Positions 13,425-26,776 of a stretch of 64,000 nt of DNA are shown one piece after another; positions within the stretch are counted from its first letter, which is position 1; each line of letters starts with the position of its first letter. The notes below the pieces were generated by a model. It had not been told where the DNA came from. It saw nothing but the letters and a program-made list of their open reading frames with translations, and did not search any database. Source of the DNA: Octopus sinensis. Taxonomy: Eukaryota. The position numbers and the translations under genes are program-made. The stretch lies in the NCBI RefSeq assembly GCF_006345805.1, contig NC_042999.1:83638001-83702000 (forward strand), read 5' to 3'.

Positions 13425-13690
13425 TTTACTACTACTACTACAACTGCTGCTGCTACCTCTAACACCGCTACCACTATTACCATCAACATCAAGACCAACA
13501 TCACCGCCAATACCACCACCACCACCACCAACACCAACACCACTATCATCACCATAACTACTGCCACCACCAACACTACCACCACCACTACCTCCACCAC
13601 TAGCACCCCACCACTACTACTACTAGCACCACATCGACCATTACCACCGCCACCACTACCAACACCGTTACTACTACAACTAGTTACTGC
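13425..13690. repeat. Degenerate (ACT/ACC/AAC)n trinucleotide tract
   Basis: Directly visible; source of the poly-Thr and poly-Val ORFs. Confidence 0.9.
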
Positions 13691-14174
13691 TGGTGCTTTT
13701 GTTACTATATTACTAAACATTTTATTGCATGCACACTGTATCTTCCTTTGCAGTCCCCAGTCGCATTTCTAATTCCATAAACTAACCAACTAACCAACCA
13801 ACTAAATAAATAAACGAAAGGATAATGGAACAGTATTTACCTGCATAAAAATATTACATATATGTAAATATTCATCTTGAAATGTTTAAGTGAATTGTGG
13901 AGGTAGGAAATGTAATAGCCATTAAACCAGGTAACTAAATGGCTATTGCTGTACAAAACTATCTAATTCAGCGCTAGGTATTGTACGTATTCTTTCGTAT
14001 TTCGGGCAGATTTCAATTGTCAAGGATTTTTCCAAGTATTAGTAGCCCCATTTTTGCATTCCTTTTTGTTTTTTTCTTTCTTTTATATTGTTAACTTAAG
14101 AGGAGATACTACTTGTTAGTGAGCCTATTGTTGTTGTTGTTGTTACCTAAATCAGTAAACAATAAAACGTCCAA

Positions 14175-14272
14175 ATCCAAGCACTACTACTACAACTACT
14201 ACTACTACAACTCCTCCTCTACTACTACTACTGCTGCAGCTGCTACCACTGCTACTACGACTAGTTCTGCAG

Positions 14273-14328
<56 letters not shown>

Positions 14329-14700
14329 GGTGCTGCTGCAGCTGCTACCACTGCTACTACGACTAGTTCTGCAGCTACCACTACTACTTCTACTATTACT
14401 ACTACTACTACTGCTGCTGCCGCTGCTGCTGCAACTACTACTACTACTACTGCCATCGCCACCACCTCCACTACTGCTTTTGCTGTTAGTGCTGTAGCTA
14501 CTACTACTCATACTACTACTACTACTATACCACCACTACTGCTACTGTTGTAACTGCTGTTCCTCCTCTCCTCCTCCTACAACAACAACAACAACTACTA
14601 CTACTACCACCACTAATGCTGCTGTTGTTACTGCCGTTGCTACTACTACTAACACCACCACCGCTGCTGTGGTTGCTGCTGCTACTACTACTATAAAGTT
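14175..14700. repeat. Degenerate (CTA/CTG)n tract with an internal ~44-bp duplication
   Basis: gctgcagctgctaccactgctactacgactagttctgcagctac occurs near 14234 and near 14336. Confidence 0.9.
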
Positions 14701-15891
14701 ACCTTTTTTTTGCTAATTTGTTTTGTTGAATCACTTTTCACTTGAAAAGTTAATCATATGTTGAACCACGAGGGAATTAGTGGCTAAATGTACATTAGTC
14801 TGAATGTACAGGCTGGTTTTTAAATAAAGCAAAAAATGTTGGAGAATAATGTCAAAAGAAATATTCAAATAGTCTGTGTTGTATGAATACAAAGTTATAT
14901 GGCTGGCATTGGAAACAAGCAGAAAGTTAGTAAATCACTCATTTGAAGAGAGATGACAGTATAGACTCGTTGTTGTTGTTGTTGTTGTTGTTGGCTTCGG
15001 GTGTATCCTGGTCGAGTAAACTCATGATCAAAAGAATTCTAGTCATAAACACATTTATCATTTCTTTTACAGACAATGTATCCAAATCTGTCATCCTATG
15101 CGCTCTTTATTTTTAGGCGATAGCTGTCTGATTTAGAGAAGGTTTGCCTATCATTTCTAGTAGAGTGAATGACTGCGTATAGACTCCCTGTTTAACTCAA
15201 ACCGTAGCAGCACTGAGTGAGCATGGGTGACAACTGGCTGTTCTTGATAAATGCATATCTATAATAAATGGTGTTTCTGTAGTGACTATTTCCTTTTTCT
15301 TCCAAATATAGATTTAGGGTATCAATATTTAAAGTGTTCTGTCTTCAGAAACCAATAGAGATGGTCTAAAAGGAAATCTGGCTACTTTTGTAAGGGAACC
15401 AACCTACCACGTAGGGGTTCTATGACAGTGTCCACTAAAGAAAAGGTATCGTAAAAATGTTCCAGCTTATACATACATACACAGACATATATATAATGAT
15501 ATATATATATGTATGTATAATCAAATTAATAAACATTGAAAAGAGCAACAAAGGATGAACAAATTTTTTTTTTAAATATGGGAATCATTTCATATTTTAT
15601 CTATTAAAAAGTTTTTAACGTTTTGGATATGAGTATTTCCTCAGAAAGAATAACTAAAAGAGAAGCATAGGGTGAGGGAGGTAGAGAGAGAAATATGAGT
15701 ATACAAAACTATAAATATGCGACAAATAATGTAGGAGGTAAGTGAAAGGTAGAAATCACGAAAAAATATTTGTTTGAGAAAAGTTGAGAAAGGTGAGCAT
15801 GTTTTGCATGCAGTGTATTTCCTCTTTCTCTTTGCCACTCTCACTATATATGTATGTATACAGACAGGCATGGATGCATCATGTATCAATG

Positions 15892-15926
<35 letters not shown>

Positions 15927-15928
<2 letters not shown>

Positions 15929-16470
15929 TTTTGAGTGCTACTGGTAACATGTAACCCAGTACAACATGTTGCATGGTCGGGCCGTCGGTGACGAAACCAG
16001 CAACCCCACCAAGCTTGCTTGGTGAGGAGGGTGTTTATTGGACACCCTGCGGGATGAAAAACAAAACCCGTCAAAGGACGGAGGAACTCTTGAGAGTCAA
16101 CGGCCATCCAATAAATGTCTTAAGGCTGGATCATGCGCGGGGACATAGAAATAATCGGACTGAATACCCGATCGCGCAGTTAAACCATTGGGAGTGAAGG
16201 ACTCCTAGCCTTTGTTAGGGCATCCTTCTTGGAGAAGGTAACTCAGGTAACTGGGATAACTCCGATATAAAGCCTGCGGCTCAGTGGTTACCGATGATGT
16301 TGACTTGTTCTTCTTTTCGGATTATGGCTGCTGTTGCTTAGTGAGTGGGATTGACTCAGTGCACAGCCTTTCCCCACTTTAAAAAAAAATCTTCTTGCAC
16401 AGGCATTGCACGATAACAACATTGATTAAGCTTCGTGCAATGGCCATACTCGATAACGAGGGGGCAGCCA
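15927..16470 (+). mobile_element. Non-autonomous repeat resembling an RTE-clade 5' UTR, copy 1
   Basis: Contains gtcaaaggacggaggaactc...gggcatccttcttggagaaggtaactc; closely similar to 40734-41244; no long ORF. Confidence 0.7.
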
Positions 16471-16472
16471 CC

Positions 16473-16511
<39 letters not shown>

Positions 16512-16892
16512 ATCGTGGCACTCCGCCGGTTACGACGACGAGGGTTCCAGTTAATCCGATGGAACAGCCCGCTCGTGAAATTGACATGCAAGTGGCTGAG
16601 CATTCCACAGACACGTGAACCCTTAACGTAGTTCTCGGGGAGATTCAGCGTGACACAGAGTATGGCTGGCCCCTTGAATTTGAGGTACATCAGGAACAGG
16701 AAGAAAGAGTGAGAGAAAGTTGTGGTGAAAGAGTACAGCAGGGTTCGTCACCACCCCATGCTGGAGCGTCTTGGAGCTTTTTGATGTTTTCATTCAATGA
16801 ACTCTCACATCGCTCGGTCTGGGAATCGAAACCGCGATCCTACGACCGCGAGTCTGCTGCCCTAACCACTGCGCCGCCATTGCGCCTCCACA
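16512..16892 (-). mobile_element. tRNA-derived SINE sharing the family C 3' body
   Basis: Head GTGGAGGCGCAATGGCGGCGCAGTGGTTAGGGCAGCAGACTCGCGGTCGTAGGATCGCGGTTTCGATTCCC; its 3' end matches 7680-7830. Confidence 0.88.
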
Positions 16893-16907
16893 TATATATA
16901 TATATAT

Positions 16908-17374
16908 ATAACTTATAAAATAAGTGCAAAAGAAAAATTCTAATGCCAAATATGCCGAAAATAGACAAAATTGTCAATAACATATATTACATATATAACA
17001 TATAATAGTGTTCACTTCCGGAATCTATCACTTTGTGAAAGTTTCTAGTTCGAATCACACGTGTCTCGAGATGTGCTGAAGATTTTCTATTTTGGATATA
17101 TTTGAGGTACTTAGGTCTGCTCAGGACTTAGTGCTTGATTTTCCCATGGGCATGAGTAAGTATTTCATTTATGTCTCACGTATTTATCGCTGAGGAAGGG
17201 AAAATTGTTATGAATTAACTCTGAAATTGGGACCAATACGGTAATAACGTAAATTTTAAGAAATTCTATCGGCTTGTTTCGAGTCGCATAAATTATCATG
17301 GTTATTGACAATTTTGTCTATTTTCGGCATATTTGGCATTAGAATTTTTCTTTTGCCTTTATTTAATAAGTTAT
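16908..17374. mobile_element. MITE with ~70-bp terminal inverted repeats
   Basis: caaaagaaaaattctaatgccaaatatgccgaaaatagacaaaattgtcaataac (16927-16981) is the exact reverse complement of 17301-17355; outer ataacttat(a/t)aaataa also matches; no internal ORF. Confidence 0.88.
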
Positions 17375-17515
17375 TTATAAATTAACCTTTAAAGGTATTT
17401 TATAATATGCTGGCCATTGATAAATTTTTTTTCGAAAAAATGTTATCCTACATAAGATGTATATATATATATATATATATATACATTCATACATAAGTAT
17501 GTGTATATATATATA

Positions 17516-17860
17516 TGAAGGTGCGTGGCTTAGTGTCTAGGGCAATCGGCTCACGATCGTAGGGTGGTGAGTTCAATTCCCAGCGGCAAGTTTTGTTCTT
17601 GAGCAAGACACTTTGCTCAATGGACAAAATATACAAGACACGTTGCTCCAGTCCACTCAGCTGGTGAAAGTGAGTAGCACCTGTATTTCAAAGGGCCAGC
17701 CTTCTCAAACTCTGTGTCACGCTGAATCTCCCTGAGAACTACGTTCAGGGTACACGTGTCTGGGGAGTGCTCAGCCACTTGCACGTTAATTTCAAGAACA
17801 AGCTGGTCTGTTGATCGCATCCGCTGAGACCCTCGTCGTCGTAACCGACGGAGTGCTCCT
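17516..17860 (+). mobile_element. tRNA-derived SINE family C
   Basis: Head gcgtggcttagtgtctagggcaatcggctcacgatcgtagggtggtgagttcaattcc; tail ccctcgtcgtcgtaaccgacggagtgc. Confidence 0.9.
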
Positions 17861-18519
17861 ATATATGCAAGCATATGTATAAATATAATTTAGAGTAATA
17901 ATAAAATCTTGTGTAAAATAATTTGAGGGTAAAAGTATGTGTATATGTGAACGAAAGTTAAGAAAAAATTATTTAGGTCGAAAGAAAGCAACAGCATAAT
18001 TTTTAAAATCCCTATCTTGGTATACAACACGAATTTTGTCAGTGAACAGGTCGCGGTCTCAAAGCGACGAAAATATTTTGGCAAATTAAATTTAAATGTG
18101 GAAGTGAATCTAACGGTTTTTGTGTGCGTTTCTTAAATGGCTTATAAACACCTTTCACGCTGTTTTTCGTTCCAGCACACGATCTCAGATCACGTCACTT
18201 ACTATGCAAGTACATCTCCGTAATATTTTGGTATATTTTGATAAAAATATTGCCTTTTTGATATCTTGAATTATTACTTTGTTCCAAAAACTATACCTCA
18301 TCTTCTACATTTCTGAACAAGTGTGATCAATTCATCTCCTTTTTTTGGTTCATATTTTTAATATAGATCCACTTGTTTGCCTCTTTGGCTAATCTATCAC
18401 TAACGTTTTCTGTAATGGCACTATTGTTATTATTATAATAAAGAAAGGAAAGAAATATTGCTCATGTATAAGAACTAATCAAAATACTTTTATTTCACCT
18501 ATTCAATTTCGTTCCAATT

Positions 18520-20145
18520 TTATTCTATTTATTTCTTACAGTCATTTGATTGCGTCCGTACTGGAGCACCACCTTTAGTCTAACAAATCGACCCCAGTAC
18601 TTATTCTATTGGTTCTCTTTTGCTGAATCGCTAATTTACGGGGACGTAAACACACCAACATCGGTTGTCCAGCGAGGATGGGGGACAAACACAGACACAC
18701 AAACACACACATACACACATATATACAGAGGTTGGACAAAATAATAGAAACACCTTAAAATTTCAAACAAATATATTTTAATATAGAGTAGGACCGCCTT
18801 TGGCAGTAATAACAGCTTGAATTCTACGAGGTATGGACTCGTACAAAGTTTGAATTGTTTACGAAGGAATTTTTGTCCATTCTTCAGCTAAAGCAGTCTC
18901 CAGGTTTGTAGTGATGATGGTGGAAGATATCGACTACTTACGTGTTTTTCTAAAATGTACCATAAATGTTCAATAATATAGAGATCTCGGGATTGTGGTA
19001 GCCAGATAAGATGTTCAACTTCACTAGAATGTTCCTCGTGCCATTCAATAACAACTTTAGCTGCCTGCATGAATTGGTGCTTTATCATCCTGAAAGATTA
19101 TGCAACCATAGGATGAATTTCATCAGATAAAATGCTTAAATAGTCTTGACTATTAATTTTGCCATGAAGGGAAACCATTGGGCTGGCGGATTTCCAATAC
19201 ATAGCCCCCATCCACCAGATCACAGATCCTCCGCCTTGTTTAACAGTTGAACGAAGGCAGTCTGGATCAAATGCTTCTTTTGGCTTCCCCCACACGCATA
19301 CTCGGTCGGTGATTGGAAATAAGGTAAAGGATGACTCGTTCGAGAAAATAACATGGTTCCACTGATCTAGGGAGCAATTCTGTAGGTTTTTATTCCACTC
19401 TAAACGCTTTGCAACATTTGTTTTTGAAAGTAATGGTATTCTGATTGCAACCCTCCCGTGAAATCCGGTTTTGTGTAGCTCCCAGCGAACAGGTTTTGTG
19501 AAAACTGGGTTCTCGAGGTGGTCATTAAACTCTGCAGTAATTTTAGGTTCTGCACTTTTGTGATCCTTTCTAGCAATTCATGTAATAAGAGTCTGACGGT
19601 CCGTATGTGAAAGTTGTGGTTTTCTTCCGGAGTTTTGTTTCGACGAGGAGGTTTTTTCCCTCTTTCTCAAAGGCTGTCATTACTTTCGGGACAGTACTTC
19701 TTGATACACCAAACATTTCAGCTGTTTTCGCTACGCTAGCGCCTGCCATACTAGTACCAACAATTTGAACTCTTTAAAAATTTGATAGATTTGTCATTTT
19801 AATGAATTTTAATTACCTTTTTCTGATGATATCTAAAAAGAAACTGCAATTTTAGCAACACATAGTAAGCAACACTAATAATAAATCAAAAGCATAAAAA
19901 ATAAGCAAGCTTTTCACGGTTTTATAGATATTTCAAAATTAGCATGTTGTGATGCTAGGTGTTTCCATTATTTTGTCCAACCCCTGTATATACGACGGGC
20001 TTCTTTCAGTTTCCGTCTACCAAATCCACTTACAAGTCTTTGGTCGGCCCGAGGCTATAGTAGAAGATAGTTGCTCCAAGAGCCACGCAGCGGGACTGAA
20101 CCCGGAACCATGTGGCCGGTAAGCCAACTACTTACCACGAAGCCA
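18520..20145 (-). mobile_element. SINE family A split by a Tc1 insertion (halves at 18520-18725 and 19987-20145)
   Basis: Joining the two flanks restores a family A copy like 21176-21608. Confidence 0.88.
18726..19986 (-). mobile_element. Full-length decayed Tc1-family (DD34E-type) transposon
   Basis: 29-bp TIRs CAG[A/G]GGTTGGACAAAATAAT[A/G]GAAACACC match at 27/29, flanked by TA. Transposase runs about 19797 to 18778 with stops and frameshifts (TVKQGGGSVIWW.GA, WLPQSRDLYIIEHLW). Confidence 0.93.
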
Positions 20146-21009
20146 CTCTTGGACACTCTTTTAAGATAATGGGATGTTTTGAAAGTGGTTTCATTGTAGT
20201 TTGATTTCATTCTTTCTTGTATATGTTTAAAGGTCATTTTGCAAAATCTTTCTTTGCTTTTTCATGTTTTGATATTTTATAAATTTTGATCTTTTAAATG
20301 TTAAGAAAGCACATAGTTTACAATATGATATACATACATACAGACAGACACGTGCGGGTGCACACACATATGAATTCATATTTGTGTGTGTGTATACATG
20401 TGCATGTATATGCATATCTTTACTATAAAAAGGAAAGCTACGTATTAATTAATGTGGAATATATAACTTTTGTTAAAAGAAAGTAATTATTAAAGCCTAC
20501 ACTGTCTCACTTCTTTTATCATTGAAGATTTCAACTACAGAATACTTATTCATTACGAGATAGCAATTTTTAAAACTACAAAATGGCTTTCCCTCTTTGT
20601 CCTTTCTTTTTATCTGTTTCTTTGTCTCTCTGTCTCTCTCTGTATTTGTCTCTTTCTGTCTCTGTCTTTGTGTTTCTCTCACTCTCTCTGTTTGTCTCTG
20701 TCTGTCTGTTTGTCAGTCTGCCTGTCTCACTTTCTTTCTTTTTCCCTCCCTCTCTCTCTGCCCCTCTCTCTCTTGCACTCAGGACTATGATATGAAATAC
20801 GTTACATATTTCCGATAGGTAATTCTTTTGGTGAGATAATAGTCCATGTTATCGTAGTTCATAAGATAAACAGGAATAACAAAAGATATCATTTCTCATC
20901 TCTGTACATCTGTAATCATGTGTGTACATATGTTATTTATAAAGTGCACTAATCTCTCTCTCTCTCTCTCTCACACACGCAATCTCTCTCACTCCCTTCC
21001 ACCTTCTCT

Positions 21010-21027
21010 ACCTCTTTTTCTCTCTCC

Positions 21028-21058
<31 letters not shown>

Positions 21059-21118
21059 TGTATGTATGTATGTACGTTTGTATGTGTGTGTGTATATATA
21101 TATATATGTGTGTATATA

Positions 21119-21175
<57 letters not shown>
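21010..21175. repeat. (TATG)n/(TA)n microsatellite
   Basis: Directly visible. Confidence 0.95.
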
Positions 21176-21377
21176 TACTCTTTTACTCTTTTACTTGTTT
21201 CAGTCATTTGATTGGGGCCATGCTGAAGCACCGCCTTTAGTCGAGCAAATCGACCCCAGGACTCATTCTTTGTAAGCCTAGTACTTATTCTATCGCTCTC
21301 TTTTGCCGGGGACGTAAACACACCAACATCGGTTGTCAAGCGATGTTGGGGGGACAAACACAGACACAAACACACAG

Positions 21378-21438
<61 letters not shown>

Positions 21439-21607
21439 CATATATACGACAGGCTTCTTTCAGTTTCAGTCTACCAAATCCACTCACAAGGCTTTGGTCG
21501 GCCCGAGGCTATTGCAGAAGACACTTGCCCGAGGTGCTACGGAGTGGGACTGAACCCGGAACCATGTGGCTGGTAAGCAAGCTACTTACCACACAACCAC
21601 TCCTACG

Positions 21608-21608
<1 letters not shown>
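21176..21608 (-). mobile_element. Full-length SINE family A
   Basis: Reverse complement of the 9161-9604 pattern, including the central (CA)n(TA)n. Confidence 0.92.
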
Positions 21609-21609
<1 letters not shown>

Positions 21610-21662
<53 letters not shown>

Positions 21663-21674
21663 AGAGAGAGAGAT

Positions 21675-21751
<77 letters not shown>

Positions 21752-21755
21752 TAGG
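21610..21755. repeat. (TA)n/(GA)n/(GATA)n microsatellite
   Basis: Directly visible. Confidence 0.95.
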
Positions 21756-21799
21756 ATATAAACACACACTCACATAGTTAAGCAAGATTGTGATAAAAA

Positions 21800-22060
21800 C
21801 CTTGTAGAATGCTATGAAAAGCTCCTCCGCAGTTATTAGCTACCTGTTGTCATCATACAATAGCATGCTCCTGCGACTGGATATGCATCAGGAATTCAAT
21901 AGTGTCTGTAGAGTTTATATAAAGAGATAAATGAACGACATTCTTCCTTTAAAAATCACTACAATTGCTTCGTCATATTTTTTAATCTGTAGTACATTAG
22001 TGAGATGTTGTGTAATCATTAACATCCATTCAAGGTGTAAAACGCGCCTCCTCAGTTGAT
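21800..22060 (-). mobile_element. Possible degraded piggyBac-type transposase fragment
   Basis: KYDEAIVVIFKGRMSFIYL resembles the piggyBac SIDE.M..FKGR.SF.QY motif. Confidence 0.45.
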
Positions 22061-24852
22061 TCCTTAAGTAAGTCAGTCCTTCCTTAGATCCTACCGTCAC
22101 TTCACTAAGTGTGAGAATACATACCCAATGTGATGTTTAATTTTTAGCAGTTTACAGACAAAAACTAAACCCATAGATATGGTGACTGACAAAATACAAT
22201 TATAATCAAAATACAAAATACAGAAATAAAGAAACGAACAAACAGAAAGAAAATATTTAAAAAATAAGGGGAAAAAAGCATTTTATGGAGAATACAGATA
22301 TTTTGTATATTTAGAACTACATAATGAAATGCAACTTTCACTTTTTAAACGGCTCGATGTAATCTGAAGGCAATTTGACTGATATTTCTAGTAGGTCAGC
22401 AATTTCTTAGATGCCCTCTTATTGCTCTATTAGAGAAAAAATATTCTGGTTTTAAATTGTCAAATGATTAACCCACCTCCTGTAGTAAATATGCTCAATC
22501 GAATCTAATAATGTTAAGATTTAAATTTAGAGTAGTGATATTCGGTTTCCCCCAATATGCTACCCTCATGATACTTAATAACAACAGAAAACAAAGATAT
22601 AATATTGAGATATAAAATAAATAAATGAAAAGACAGAAAAAGCAAAGAAAAACGTATAATATGAAACGAAGGCAAGATGGATATAAAAACTATTCAGCTG
22701 ATTAGATTTATGGCAGGTGCTTACATGTTTTACATTGCAATATTGGACGAAGATTTATTATTTCCTTTCTTATTGTTGATGTATGCGTGTGTGAGTGTGA
22801 ATACGTCTAAAGAAATCTTATCAGTAGCATTGAAATAAAATTCTTTTCTTCATACTTGATCTGTAATATTTCATAAAACAAAACGAAACGAAACAAGACA
22901 CGTCTTTTCTTTTGAGCACGAGTATCGCTTGTTTTGTTCTGATGTTTTAATAATTTTTATATACGTTTTAACACCACAGACACACGCACATGCGCACGCA
23001 CACACACACAGATACGCAAGTGTGTGTGGGAGCGGTCTGTGGTGTATATTGTGAGTATGTTATATTTCCATAATGTATTTTTCTTTTGACTTGCTGGTGT
23101 CCGGGCTGGTGCTGCCGTCGCAGCTTCTACTTCAGCCGATGTCGAGGCTGTGTAGTTCTTGTTGTTTTTCTTGCCCAATAAATCTAAAATTGTTGTTATA
23201 ATGTACATCAATAAAATATATTAATAAAAGACAAGATAAATGTCAACATTCACAACTGTTTTTGTTATTGCTTTTATTTTCGATTTGTTTGTCCATATTT
23301 ATTTTTTTTTATATTAAAAATGAAAACAGAAATTCCGTTCGTATTATGTTTATTTTTTCCTTCAAATTTTCTTTTCATTTCGGAATTTTGCTTTTTTTGA
23401 TTCATCTCTATAAACAAACGAAGAAAAAAGAAACACAAAGAAAAACACACACAAAACTATAAAATGGAAAAAAAATTAGACAAAGAAAATGAAAATCAAA
23501 AATCTAAAGAGCTCTTTTAAAATATTAATTTACCCGAGTTCAAATTTTTAGGGAGACACGAATAAATCCGTTGATGTTTAAGTGTTTCCTAAGAAAAATA
23601 ATAAATATAATAAAATGTGTCATGAATTTAACTCGGTTCATCTCGGGAGTTTAGCACTGATCTACAGCACTGGCTGTTTGAAGTAGTTTAGAGTACAGGA
23701 TTAGATGTTAGCTGACATTTAGTTCTGCTCTCTCTAAGTTCCAAATCCCACTTAAGACTTTTTATGCGTATCACGATTTCAGTTATCGATAAAATAAAAA
23801 ATAAAATTACACACTTGAGTCAAACTATCTGATTAAACATACTCTACAGTATCAAAGCAAGAACTCTACCAAAGATGAAGCTTCTATAGGATCGGTCAAT
23901 CTGCTAGAAATACCAGTAATTCTCCCTCGAGTTACACCTTGTCATCTTTTTTTTAAATGTTTATATTAGTTTATATACGTTTGAAAGAAGACGCAAACAT
24001 CACAGAGGTTAAGTCATTTATCATAGGTCTGCTCAATCAGGAATGACACGAAGCTAAGCAACGTCAGCTACATCAAATCATTTCTGATATATTTTCAAGG
24101 ATAACAATATTATTATCTTTGTAATAGCAGATTGAATCAAATTCTGTGTATTACTGGTACTGATTTTTAGCTACATGCAAGGCTTTCTTATTAATACGAA
24201 GCTAAATAGAATTTGGGCTCTGATTTTAGTTTTAGAAAAAATTTTCTTGCGAAATTATGAGTTTGGAGAATCGGAGTGGTCAGTAATCGAAATATGTCTC
24301 TGAGCTCAATTTTGTCGTTTATTTCATTGATCTCTGATAATCAAGAAATGGAACAACGTGTATTTTGATTTTGGTACAGATGGACGTGAGCTCTAATTTA
24401 TAGGGCTGTGTTTATTTAGGAATTGAGGAAAATTCATACATTTATTTCTATACCACCAGTTAGTGATTTTAATGATTGTGTTAGTAGAGCTTCTATTTTG
24501 ACTAGCATATCCATGTGGCTTATGTAAAACGCGGGACTATTGCCTTTTTCCGGTTCTTTTCGTTCTGGGTTCAAATCCCACCGAGGTCAACATTGTCTTT
24601 AACCATTTCGCGAGTTGATGAGACAAAGTACTAGTTAGGTACTTGACAAATGGTATTGACTAATCCACTCCTCTCAAAACATCTGGCCTCGTGCCTAAAT
24701 CAGAGACAAATATAACATCACTAACCTTTCCCAGCTCTTTTGAGGAAAATATTGTACTGGTCAAGTACTAAAGTCGATGATATGGAATATACCACTTCCC
24801 TCACTATTGCTAACCTTGTGTCTTAATTAGAAACTATCAATAAAGTGCTATA

Positions 24853-25435
24853 AAAGGCGTCGAACTGGCAGAAACGTTAGCACGCCGGGCGAAATGCTTT
24901 GTGGTATTTCGTCAGCCGCTGCGTTCTGAGTTCAAATTCCGCCGAGGTCGACATTGCCTTTCATCTTTTCGAGGTCGATAAATTAAGTAGCAGTTAAGCA
25001 TTGGGGTCGATATAATCGACTTAATCCGTTTGTCTGTCCTTGCTTGTCCCTTCTGTGTTTAGCCCCTTGTGGGTAGTAGAGAAATAGGTATTTTGTCTGC
25101 CTTACGTTCTGAGTTCAAATTCCGCCGAGGTCGACTTTGCCTTTCATCCTTTCGCGGTCGATTAAATAAGTACCAGTTACGCACTGGGGTCGATACAATC
25201 GACTTAATCCGTTTGTCTGTCCTTGTATGTCCTCTCTGTGTTTAGCCCCTTGTGGGTAGTAAAGAAATAGGTATTTTGTCTGTCTTACGTTCTGAGTTCA
25301 AATTCCGCCGAGGTCGACTTTGCCTTTCATCCTTTCGGGGTCGATAAATTGAGTACCAGTTGCGTACTCTGGTCGATCTAATCAACTAGCTCCTTCCCTC
25401 AAAATTTCGAACCTTGTGCCTAGAGTAGAAAGGAT
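24853..25435 (+). mobile_element. Tandem trimer of tRNA-derived SINE family B
   Basis: One head (aaggcgtcgaactggcagaaacgttagcacg) followed by three ~180-bp units, each containing gttctgagttcaaattccgccgaggtcgac. Confidence 0.92.
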
Positions 25436-26776
25436 TATTAAAATACTATCATTGCTTACGACATCGAAAGGCAGTAGCCTATGTGTGGTTGATCAATTTG
25501 TTAGATCCTCTACCGTATTAAAGAAGGAAAATGCTCTTTACTAAATGCAGTAAGAGACATACCGTAAGAGGTGAAGTGGCTATGAGCAACATGACTTTGA
25601 TCATGATCTTAAATGGTAAGGTCTGAATAAACAACAGCAATATTTGCAAAGCCCGTTAGGAGCTATGGCTATTAGTATAATTATATGAATTGAGTTAAGT
25701 GTTAGCATTAAGTGTCTTTGGTATAAATTCATTTGAGAGTAGATATTGATTTAGACATAAGACAATTTTTATTTAAGAAGGTACAATGTGGTTTGAGAAA
25801 CTCGACTTCCATATTATGTACAGGAAGAGCAACCATTTTTTAAAGTTAGTAGGATGGTATACACAGGAACTTCGGCTGCTATTTCTGGCAGGTTAAACAA
25901 ACACATGACGATTCACTACAGAACTTAATTTTCAACATAACTGGATAGAAGGCCCTGTTTTGAAAACATCCAAGAAACAAAAGACACACATATAACAAAC
26001 TCAAAGATTACCTCCTTCTGTGAAATCTTTAGATTTATAAAAGAATTAACGTGTCAAGCTGAAACTGAAAAATAGGACACCCCAGCTTGGCCAAAGTCCA
26101 AAAACAAAGAAATAAAATATAAAAGTTATACTCCAAAACACAAGGGGGAGTGTACATTTATATAAATATTTTTATATCCTTTTTACTGCATTTGTGAAGT
26201 CCTTTATTATTTCATTGAAGAAATGAGAATAAGACCTAAAAATATCCACAAGTTGTCTCCAATACATATATAAATCATTCATTAGATATCATTATTTTTC
26301 TCTGTTGCCTACTTATTTCTTGTTAGTTTTCATCATTTTAATGCTATGTGCATTTTATGTGCTAGCAGTAATTAACTGTACTCTATAATGCGAATGAGGT
26401 CCCTAGATTTCTTAATCTCTAAACGAAAACAATAATTTGACCCCGATTTCTCTAATTTTGTATATATATCTTTACTTTCTTCTCCTCATATTTATCTTGT
26501 TTTCTAACGTCACAGTTTACATCCACACATTTCTTTCAAGGCAACTTTTATCTATAATTATGTATAGTTATTCGCGCTACGCATTTTCTTTCATTTGTGG
26601 ATTTGTCACTGTAAACATTTGTCACTCTACGTGTGCATCTGTGCGTGTTCGCGCGTATGTGTATCCATGCATGCATAGAGGAGCACACACACATTTATGA
26701 GTATATGCACATCCCCACCCCCACACAAAATTAATATAAACCTCAGCTTGCAATGTTTCGTCAAAAAGAAGAATTA

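Noticed and set aside
13254-14553. Thr/Ala/Ser-rich ORFs resembling mucins
   Set aside because: Pure trinucleotide tracts that are open on both strands, with no splice context or domain.
15927-16200. HDV-like or twister ribozyme in the RTE-like leader
   Set aside because: I could not build the P1/P3/P1.1 pseudoknot or the twister core by eye; a covariance-model search would settle it.
22957-23211. GC-richer segment after a minus-strand acceptor-like site (LGKKNNKNYTASTSAEVEAATAAPART)
   Set aside because: No recognisable protein, no donor site, and no upstream exon that joins in frame.
24853-25435. Regularly spaced repeats as a CRISPR-like array, or SINE heads as tRNA genes
   Set aside because: Units are ~180-bp SINE bodies without unique spacers, and the heads lack a full cloverleaf with acceptor stem.
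26300-26412. Minus-strand acceptor-like site followed by IKKSRDLIRIIEYS
   Set aside because: All three frames stop within about 50 nt and the peptide is not recognisable.
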